Assembly: GCA_025594325.1 (NCBI GenBank)
Contig: JANHCV010000005.1
Coordinates: 1,364,001-1,428,000 of the forward strand
Source: Blastocladiella emersonii ATCC 22665
Lineage: Eukaryota; Fungi; Blastocladiomycota
DNA length: 64,000 nt
Direction of reading: 5' to 3'
A model generated the notes under the pieces. That model did no database searches. It was not told the DNA's origin and saw only the letters and a list, made by a program, of their open reading frames with translations. The stretch's first letter is position 1. Every line of letters starts with the position of its first letter. Below are positions 55,052 through 64,000 of this stretch, piece after piece. Made by a program: the position numbers and the translations under genes.

Positions 55052-56875
55052 TCATGTCCGGATCGAGATCTCCGTGTACGCCGCGGCGGCCGCGTACTGG
55101 CGCTCGTAGTCGGCGAGGTCCTCGTCGACGTCTTCGTCCTCGGCGGCAGCCGCGGCGGTGCGCGCGGCGTACGCGGGGTCGACCATGATATCGTCGTCGC
55201 TGTTCTGCGCCGCGAGCTGCTGCTGGTTCTGGGCCTCGACATCCTCGTCCTCGTCGAGGTACGAGTACTGGAGCGACGGCCCGCGGGGTTTCGCGACCAC
55301 GACCTTGGTGCCCTTGGAGAAGTTGGACTTGACCTCGCGGCGGCGCTCGAGCGTGGACGCGACGACGGGGATGGTGGGCACGATGGGCACCTCGGAGACG
55401 CCGGGCGTCGACGCGTCCCACAGACCGAGCTGGCGCATGGTCAGCTCGAACTTGATGGCCTGGTGCATCTCGAACGCCATGACCTGGTACTCGTAGTAGT
55501 CCTTGGCCGACATGGGCAGCGGGTCGACGGGATTCCGGTCGTACTCCTCGGCCGCGAACGTGTACGACACCTTGATGTACTTTGAGAACTGCACGCGCGA
55601 CGAGCGGCGGCGGCCACCCTGGGAGGCGAAGTCGGGCGACGACGGCGACGAGGAGCCCTCGCTGTCGTCCGAGACGTGCCCGTTGAAGGACGACGGGAGC
55701 GACGAGAGGTCGAGCTGCGGCGGGACCGACGACATGTTGAGGCTGGACCGTTTGGGGGTGGTGGTCGAGTGCGGAATCTCGAGGAGCGGAGGGAGCGGCG
55801 GGAGCGGCCGGTCCGGGGAGAAGGTGAGCGACGACTCGGTCGACGCTGAGGTGGGTGTGCGCGGGTACGGCGACGACGAGGGCGAGGTCGAGGCGTACGA
55901 GCTCGGGGTGAGGAGCGAGGACGGCGACGGGGTGGCGGCCGAGTAAATGGATGAGGGAGCAGAGGAGGAGGCTGCCGCACTCGGTCCACAAAAGGGCGGG
56001 AACGAGGTGTAGGTGGCAAGCCAAGACGACGAAGGCGCAGCAGCAGCTGAAGCTGGTGCAGGTCCGGGTGGCGAAGCACGGGCGGAGGGCTGGTGGGTGG
56101 CTCCGGGCACGGGGACCGAGGGGCTCGCGGGTGGCGGAGTCAGGCGGCGGGCAGCTCGCTGGGCGTCGGCGCGCGAGACTTTGAGGCCGAAGAGCGAGCA
56201 CGGCGTCGGGCACGCGGGGACGGCACACTCGTCAACGAGTAGAGTGCCGCGGCGCTTGCGGGGTTTGGGCTTGGAGGAGGCGGAAGACGTCGACTGCCGG
56301 GCGGATGGCGGCGACGGCTGCGACGGGAGGAGCGGATCGGAGGGTGGCTCGCCAGCTAGTGCGATGGAGGAGGTGATCGAGGACGAGAAGGGCGGCGTCG
56401 GCTCGATACGAGTGGTTGCGGGAGCGGGTCCGGGAGCGGGTCCGGCAGCGCTGCTGCTGGAGATCGAGGTGGAGAGGGAGGAGGAGGGCGGGAGGATGCG
56501 TTCGCTCGAGGCGGGGAGCGGCGGCAGGGGCGAGTCGAGGGACCGTGAGGGGGAGAGCGCGGGAGCGGGGCCCGGCGCGGTATAAGACAAGTTCGGCGAG
56601 TGTAGGTTCATTGCGACGCTTGTGTGCTTGTTTCCGTGGCCGGGGCGAAGGCGGGCAGCACGGGGACGTGGAGGATGGCGGCCGCGCCACCTCGGCGATG
56701 AGGGCGGAGGGCTGGTGCAATGAACTGCGTCACGTGTGGCGCGCTGGACGCTGAAACGGTCCCGCTCCTCAGCTTGTCGCGCATTCAGTGTGATTGCTTT
56801 CATGGTCGTTGTTCGCGGTGGTGGCTTAGCCAGCGGGAAGTCGCTGACGGCGGCCATGGGGGACGCGTAGCTCAT
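55052..56875 (-). CDS. Low-complexity Ser/Pro-rich protein with a C-terminal RVxF-type PP1-docking segment (Bni4/Phactr/neurabin-like); start uncertain (56875 or 56611)
   Basis: SSRVQFSKYIKVSYTFAAEEYDR resembles the RVxF-phiphi-..YDR PP1-binding string; long open frame. Confidence 0.6.
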   Translation of the reverse strand: MSYASPMAAVSDFPLAKPPPRTTTMKAITLNARQAEERDRFSVQRATRDAVHCTSPPPSSPRWRGRHPPRPRAARLRPGHGNKHTSVAMNLHSPNLSYTAPGPAPALSPSRSLDSPLPPLPASSERILPPSSSLSTSISSSSAAGPAPGPAPATTRIEPTPPFSSSITSSIALAGEPPSDPLLPSQPSPPSARQSTSSASSKPKPRKRRGTLLVDECAVPACPTPCSLFGLKVSRADAQRAARRLTPPPASPSVPVPGATHQPSARASPPGPAPASAAAAPSSSWLATYTSFPPFCGPSAAASSSAPSSIYSAATPSPSSLLTPSSYASTSPSSSPYPRTPTSASTESSLTFSPDRPLPPLPPLLEIPHSTTTPKRSSLNMSSVPPQLDLSSLPSSFNGHVSDDSEGSSSPSSPDFASQGGRRRSSRVQFSKYIKVSYTFAAEEYDRNPVDPLPMSAKDYYEYQVMAFEMHQAIKFELTMRQLGLWDASTPGVSEVPIVPTIPVVASTLERRREVKSNFSKGTKVVVAKPRGPSLQYSYLDEDEDVEAQNQQQLAAQNSDDDIMVDPAYAARTAAAAAEDEDVDEDLADYERQYAAAAAYTEISIRT

Positions 56876-57167
56876 CGTGGGCCCGCACGATTGCATTCAG
56901 CTGCGGCCGCGGGGGTTTCTCCGCAGCCCTGGTCTCCCGATCTGCTGAGCGCACTCGAGTGATCTCGCTGCGGGGTATAATCGTGTGGTGATGGTGCGAG
57001 TGATGAGCGCGGGCACGCCGGGACGCGTGCGTGTGTGTCAGTCGAGTCGCAGCCGGAGCGACCTCTCTCAAGTCGCTGCCGACCTCGGATCCGCTTCCTC
57101 TCACCACCCTGACCGTCTGCAACGCATCATCCCGCCCCCGTAGCCCTCCTCAACTCGCTGCAACGCC

Positions 57168-57533
57168 ATGACCTCGCCGCTCTCGACCGCCGCTCCGGCC
57201 GCCACGGCGCTGTACCGCGGCCTGCTGCGCGAGGTGACCAAGCAGGTGACCAAGAAGAACAACAACCCGACGTGGCAGCGGTACCTGCGCGCGCAGTTCG
57301 AGGTCGTGCCCGCCGATGCCGCGCAGCACCGCGCCCGCCTCGTCGACGCCGAGAACGCGCTGCTGTTCCTGCGCAGCAACCGCACCCACCGCGAGCTGCT
57401 CGAGGGCTACTTCCCGGTCCTCGCCGAGGACGAGCGCATCAAGCGCACCGCGGGCAAGGTCGGCCTGCAGCTGCCGCGCATGTTCGACCCGGACGGCGAC
57501 GTTGCGCGCGACAGCTCTTCTTCGACCGCCTAA
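57168..57533 (+). CDS. FMC1: ATP synthase assembly factor FMC1 (LYR-type)
   Basis: LYRGLLRE, FL.S.R.H.ELL..YFP...E.ERI..TA.KVGL.LP. Confidence 0.8.
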   Translation: MTSPLSTAAPAATALYRGLLREVTKQVTKKNNNPTWQRYLRAQFEVVPADAAQHRARLVDAENALLFLRSNRTHRELLEGYFPVLAEDERIKRTAGKVGLQLPRMFDPDGDVARDSSSSTA

Positions 57534-57570
57534 GTGTAACATAGAGATAAAAGGCTACTATTACTCATCT

Positions 57571-60500
57571 TCAACGCATCACGCCCATCGTAAACTCGAC
57601 CACCTCCTTCAACAGCTCCATGCGGTGCGTGGCCGCGAGGTCGCGGATCACGGCGAGCTTGGCGCGGAACGCGGCCGGCGCCGCGACCCCGCCGCGCACC
57701 AGTCCCAGCGCCCCGCTGCACGCGCAGTACGGCGCCAGGTTCTCGCGCTGCACGAGCCGGCACTTGGTGCACACCAGGTCCTGCACCTGGTGCGCGAGCA
57801 CCGAGTTCTCGACCAGCTCGAGCAGCTTGGCCTCGAGCGTCGCGAGCGGGTACCCGGTCGCGCAGTCGGGACACCGCCACCCGCCCGCTTGGGCCGACGA
57901 CCCGGCCGGCGCGAGCAGCGCCGTGTCGCGCGTCAGATCGAGGTCGCGCGTGAAGTGACAGCCCGTGCAGATCACCTGCGGCACGACGACGGGGAGACAC
58001 GGGTTGACGAACTGCGCCTCGGCGGCAAACTCGCGCACCCGCAGCAGGTCGAGCGCGTTGCGCTTCAGCACGCGGACCGCGTCCTCGACGTGCGCGTCGA
58101 GCCCCAGGATCGTCGCCAGGTACTTGACCAGCTCGACCGTCGGCGACTTGGACACGGCCGCCGTCGCGGGCGCGCCGGGGGCGCCGGAACTCGCGCCCGT
58201 GAGCGCTGCGATCGCGGCCGCCGTCGACGCCTGCTGGCTCGCGCCCGACCCGGCGTGCGCCGACGTCGCGGCGGCAGCCGCGGCCGCCGCCACGAGACTT
58301 CCGGGCCGCCACGGGAACTGCATGCGGTCGACGCCGTGCTCGGCGCGCTGGAACGCGGGGAGCACGCGCAGGAGGCGCATCGTGAGCTCAGTCCGCACGA
58401 GCTTGGACTTGAACTTGGCCTCGGCCATGTTGTTCCCGCCGCCCGCCGTCGGGTCCACGGGCGCGGGCGGCGCCATGGCGTTCTTGGCGCCCTGGCGCCC
58501 GTACGGGTTGAACACGGCGGCCTCGTCGTCCTGGTGCGCCTCGGCGGACGTCATGCCGAGCCCGGTCGCCGCGGCCGTGAGCTGCTGCTGGCGCTGGACC
58601 GGCGAGATGGTGGCCGCGTACGCGTGACACTCGGCGAAATAGAAGGCGACGAGCTCGAGCAGCGTCGGCGCCATGGACTCGGGCAGGTAGTCGGCCACGT
58701 TCCACTGCATGCTGAGCTGGAACTCGACGCCCTCTTCCCCGCCATCCACCTCCATGTCTTGGGCAGAGTTCTCGACGAGCCGGTACCCGCCGTAGTTGAA
58801 CGAGTCCATCCACGCGAGCGGGCGCCACACGGCGACGGGGGTCAGGGTGAGCGCAACGAACTGGGGCTGCTGGGCAACGTGCGACTCGAGGAACTGGACG
58901 AACGCGCGGGCCTGCGCGACCGTCGCCTTGGGCGTCTGCAGAACGAGCCGCGAGAACGACGCGTACACGACGAGCGCGTTGAGCTTGGTGAACTCGGTCA
59001 CGAGCGCCATGAACACGCGCTGCATCTGGTTGAACACGACGAACGTCGCGCGCGGGTCGTACAGGTACGCGGCGGCCGTCGTGAGCCACCGGTACACGTG
59101 GCCGAGCAGCGTGTTGGCCTCGGCGTTGTGCTCGCGCGCGCGCAGTCCGAGATCCTTGACGACGCCGAACAGCGGCTGCAGCTCCGGGTGCGAGTGCGGC
59201 GCCGCGAGCTCGAGGATCGCGGCTACGCACAGGCCGTACACCTCGAGGTCCACCGTCACGCCCGCGTAGTGGCCCGGCCGGTTCACCTCGGGCAGCGCCT
59301 GGTGCGCGTCGAGCACCGAGTAGTGCTCGTCGGCCTGGCGCCCGCCGACGTCGGGCCGCGACTCGGCCGAGTACCACGCCACGTGGTCCGACGCCGCGAG
59401 CCGCCGCGCGAGCAGCACGTCGAGCGCGAACAGCGTCGGGTCGTTCCCCAGGTTCCCGACGGGCACCTGCGCGAACCGCGCCAGCGCGAGCGTGTGCCGC
59501 TTCCACGCCGCGAAGGAGCCGAGCTGCGACAGCCACCGCTGAACCGCGTACGCCTGCCAGTTGAGGGCCGGCATCTCGGCCGCGTCGCGCGGCGCCGGCG
59601 GCCGCTTGGCGGTGGGGAACTGCGACAGCGCCTTGACGAAGGCGAGCGACGACGGCTTGTTGGACTGCACCGTGACAAGCGCGGGCGCGCCGCGCCGCGC
59701 GGACCAGCCCGCGAGGAACTTTTGCAGCGCCGCGAGCATCTGCGACTCCTTGCGGAACGCGGCGACCTGGAACCCGACGAGCGGGAGCGCGGCTGCCGCG
59801 GTATCGTCGACCGACTCGTCGCCGTTGGCGCGCGCGGCAGCCGCCGCGGCCATGTGGCGGGTGCGGAACTGGCCGTACGTGTCGTCGAGGTGGCCGACGC
59901 TGGCGGTGGCTGAGGGGTCGGCGACGAACACGTGGCAGTCCTGGGACCCGCGGAACGAGTAGACGACGACGAGGTGGCGGTCGTTCTTGCTGAGGTGGTA
60001 GACCCAGACGTCGTCGAGCGGGCACCGCGCGAGGTACGCGGCGGACGCGGCGGCGTTGGCCATGCGGAGCTCGGGCCACTGCACGTTGCGGGTGGCGGCG
60101 GCGCCGCCGCGTTTCCGGTCGACGGTCCAGCACGCGCCGAGCGCGGCGACCGCGCGGAACTGGCCGGGCATCCGGGTCTCGTACACGCCCTCGATGAGCG
60201 GGTGCGCGAAGAACTGCGCAAAGGTACGCGCGTGCGCCCGGTACACGTCCTCGTCGACGGTACACTTGTACAGGAGCTGCGCGGGCGCGACGCCGCGCGG
60301 CAGCGTCATCTTGACGGGCTCCATGACCACCTTGTCATCGAACGCGGCCGCGGGCACGGGGACCGTCGAGTTGACGTAGAAGGTGCGCGGGATCTTGAGC
60401 GGCAGCTGGTGCAGCTTGTCGCCGACGAGCGCCCACACCGTGTGCGTGCCGCCGGGCCCCTCGTCGACCTGCAGCACGTGCCACACGGACGACTCGAGCG

Positions 60501-63500
60501 ACGCCTGCTGCTGCCGCAGGAACGCGTCCATCTGGTTGCCCGTCGCGGCGCCGCCCGCGGCCGACGCGTCGCCGCCCGCTGCCGCCGCCGTGGATGCCGA
60601 ACCCGTGGCGCCGGCGTTGCGCACGCGGTCGTCGTCGCGGTGCTTGGCGGCCATGCGCTGGAACCGCCACTTGACCTTCTGGTACTTGATCCAGGCGGGG
60701 TAGTCGCGGGTCGGGTCCGGGCAGGGCTCGGCGCGGAGCTGGTCGCGCATCTCGGCCAACTCCTCGGCGGCGGTCTTGCGGCGGGCGACGCGCGTGACGC
60801 GGGCGAGGCGGGGCTGCCCGTTGGCCGTGGTGAGGGGCGGTGCGATGAGCCCGCGGGCGCCGGCGCGGCGCATGTCCTCGATGTCGAACAGGTCCGTCAG
60901 CTTGGACTGGAGGCGCGCGTCGTTGACGCGGGTGCGCAGCCACTCGGGGTGCTTGACGCGCGGGATCGGGTTGGTGACGCCCTGCATGGCGGCGGGGATC
61001 GTGATGAGTTTCTGCAGCACGCTGCCGAACCGCTCCTTGTAGTAGTCCCAGTCGATGAGGTCGCGCACGTCCGGGTCCTGGACCGTCGGGTCGCGGAACC
61101 ACTTGCGCATGAAGTGGCGGCGGACCGCGGGCTCGGCGTGCAGGATGGCGACGGGTAGCGCGCGCTCGGCGACGGGCGCGCCGAGGGGTTGCCGGGCGAT
61201 GAGGAAGTGGCACGCGAGCTTGTCCTTGACCATCTCGGACCCGAGGAACTCGGCGAGGCGTTTCGCCGTGGTGATGGCCGACGACTTCTGGCCCTCGTAC
61301 TCGGACAGCGCCTTGGACATGTTCTTGTTCTCGGAAATGAGGTCGATGAGCTCGGCGTCGGCCATGGTGGCGCCCTTGCCGTCGAGCACGTCGAGCCACT
61401 CGTTGGCGACCTGGGCGACGGCCGCGTAGCACGTCTCGAGCGACGTGCCCTTGAGGAACACGGAGAAAATCTGCGACTGGAAGATCTTGATGAGCTTGAG
61501 CTCGCCGCGCCGCTTGACCTCGAACCCCTTGCACTCGGCCATGGATCCGTCCTCGTTGAACACGGCGTACCGCTTCTTGAGCAGCTTGTCCTCCTCGGTC
61601 GACGCCGGCAGGATCATGGCCTTGTAGGGCCCGTCGACCTCGAACAGGATCGAGTTCTCGGCGTTGGTCTTCCACCCGCCCGCCGCGGCCTCGTCGCGCG
61701 ACTGGTACTGGTGGTTGGTGAACCGGTCGTGAACGAGGTGGTTGAGCATGGTGCACGGGTACGACACGACCACCTTCTTGCCCTTGGTCGTCTTGAGGAC
61801 AAAGTTTTCGGGGAACGACTTGGGGAGGATGCACCAGATGCCGTCCGTGTCGAGCTCGAGCGGGCGGCCGACGCGCTCGACAAGCTCGCGCGCGAGCTGG
61901 ATGATCTTGGCGCCCGTGTAGCACACGATGCCGCCCATCTCCATCGAGTACCAGCGCGAGCCCTTGCGCATCACGTAGCCGTAGAAGGAGTTGAGGATGC
62001 ACTTGTGGGCGAGCTGCAGCGAGTCCATGACGACCACCATCTTCTTGCCCTCGGCCACGCCGCCCGTGTCGCCGCGCGCCTGCGCCTGCTCGAGCTTGCC
62101 CTTCCACACCTTGAGCAGGCCCTTGTACTCGTACCGGCGGTCGCGGAACTGCCGCACCGTGTCGATGTAGAAGGGGTTCTCGCGCTGGCACACGGTCGAC
62201 GTCTTGACCACCACCTCGTTCTCGTGGATCTTCTTGTACACTTTCCGGGAGTAGTCGCCGAGCCGCTTGTTGAGCAGCTGCTCCTGCTGCGCCGCGGGCA
62301 TCGAGAACCACGCCGGGTCCTGCTTGAGCTGGCCGAGCACCATGTGGTAGTCGCCGCGCGTCGCGGGGAAGTACTCGCCGCGCCACTTCCACTCGAGCGG
62401 CCGCTGGCACCCGTTGGCCGGGTCGTTGTAGTCGCACGCGGCGCAGTCGGCCTCGTCGACCATGGCGTCGGGCTGCAGCCGGTTGGTCAGGATGATGTTC
62501 GGGTACATGGCGGCGACGTCGAGGTGGTAGATGAGCGGCTTCTCGAGCCGGTTGGGCGTGGTGCGCAGCGCGTCGAGCGCCGCGAGGATCTGGTCGCGCA
62601 CCTCGGCGAGGTTGGTCACCTCGCTCGCGGGGACGTTGTGCTCGACCTCGCACGTGAAGACGAGCGCGCGCTCGACGTCGGCCATGAGCTTGGCGACCGT
62701 CTCCGGGTCGACCTTGAACTTGGTCGGGATGTCGGACCGGAACACGCCGGCCTCGAGGGCCTCGACGTGCCCGCCGACGTACGACTCGGACGTGAGCAGG
62801 TGGCCGTTGTAGAACTGGCCCGTCACGTCGACGTGCTTGTTGGGCATGAGGACCTCGGCCTTGAACGCCTTGACCATGAGGAGCGACTCGCACAGGGTGC
62901 CGGACCCCTTGCGCAGCACCTCGTCGGGGTTCATCGGGATGATGTTGCACAGCGAGAAGACGAACGGGTGCACGTACTTCATGTACAGGTAGTAGGTGGC
63001 GACCGCGTCCGAGACCGAGTACTGCGCGAGGACCTGCGGCTTCTCCTGTGCGTACTGCACCATGAGCTCCGGGTCGAGCTCGAGCGGGTTGTACCCGAGC
63101 TTGGCCGTCGTGACCGCCTTGAGGCCGTGCGACCCCGCGGGCAGGTACGAGTCGCGTTTCACCCACCGGAAGCAGTCCGAGTGGTGCGCGTACGACGACT
63201 TGTACTCGTCGTTCTCGTCCTTGAACCACCCGATCTCCTCGCGCATGTCGAGCCCGTGCGCTTTCGCGCGCGCCTCGACGAACGGCCAGTCGAAGAAGTC
63301 GCCGTTGTACGTCACGATGACGTGCGGCTGCACCTCGACAATGTGGTCGAAGAAACGCCGCAGCAGGTCAAACTCGTTGGCCTCGTTGAATACGACGAAC
63401 GGGCCCTCGAACTCGGGTTTCGGCGTGTACTCGAAGTCGTCAATGTCCTCGCTGACGATCTCGCGGTTGGTGATGAGGTAGCCCTATTCAATGAGCTCAG

Positions 63501-64000
63501 GTTAGCTCGTTTCGTCCTCGCCGAGTCCAAACGCGACGCGACGTACCTGGCCGTCAATGACGTACGAGATCATCATGACCTGGTCGTGCGCGGCGTCGGG
63601 GAACTTGAGCGGGAGCTTGGTGGTCTCGATATCGAAGGCGAGCACGACGGGGTCGGGCGGGAGGAGTTTGTCGGCCTGAACGTTGATCTCGGTCTTGCCG
63701 TTCTCGGTCGTCACCGTGTACCAGATCCCGACGCGCAGGTCGAGGTCGATGGCGACGCGCAGGTAGTACGGCACGTCGTACTCGCGCACGTCGAGGATGC
63801 ACGCGAGCGGGTCGGCGTTGCGCGCGGAACGCGAGGCGGACGACGACGCGGCGGCGGCGGGGCGGGCGGACGGCGCGCCGACCTGCACGTTCATGGTGGC
63901 CGCGTCGTACACGGCCACATCGGCGTCGCGCGGACGCTGCTTCTTGACGGCGGCCAGCATGTCCTTGCGCACGCGCAGCAGGTCCTGCACGTTGCGGAAC
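57571..64000 (-). CDS. POL2: DNA polymerase epsilon catalytic subunit, 5' end outside the window; intron 63484-63546
   Basis: Exonuclease AFDIET, polymerase HLDVAAMYPNI and ELDTDG, CysX, and C-terminal CysA/CysB metal-binding clusters. Confidence 0.98.

Noticed and set aside
57316-63229. Very long overlapping or antisense ORFs (e.g. 57316-59913, 60335-63229, 39427-41151, 1486-3678)
   Set aside because: Shadow frames caused by extreme G/C third-position bias; no independent motifs.

Overview
This is eukaryotic, intron-containing, very GC-rich DNA. Introns are short (about 50-90 nt) with GTACGC/GTGCGT donors, CTGAC/CTCAC branch sites and YAG acceptors. IFT27 (flagellum), MTRR (B12-dependent methionine synthesis) and fungal-type ATP21/FMC1 point to a zoosporic early-diverging fungus, plausibly Blastocladiomycota (inference). 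Two compact core-gene blocks flank an accessory island. Block 1-10.7 kb holds MTRR, a PAS-kinase-like kinase, CLYBL, RPAIN-like, IFT27 and a small TPR gene. Block 47-64 kb holds PFDN4, an ING PHD gene, SPO11, ATP21, a CAMKK-like kinase, an RVxF PP1-regulator-like gene, FMC1 and 5'-truncated POL2. The ~36-kb island (10.9-46.5 kb) has visibly relaxed codon bias. It contains eight mostly decayed paralogues of an unrecognised F-box-like two-exon family, two intact RNI-type LRR genes, tRNA-Thr(CGT), captured gene fragments and a slicer-type Argonaute. It also contains a 3,320-bp TIR DNA transposon (3-bp TSD, 6+6 TGGATCCA subterminal palindromes, spliced orphan cargo gene), a Helitron-like PIF1 relic with an intact 3' end, and two tandem HPD-less J-domain genes. 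A fixed-spacing bipartite motif, ACGCGT-N8-CACGTG, recurs upstream of both island and core genes. All homology calls come from motif recognition by eye; no database search was run.
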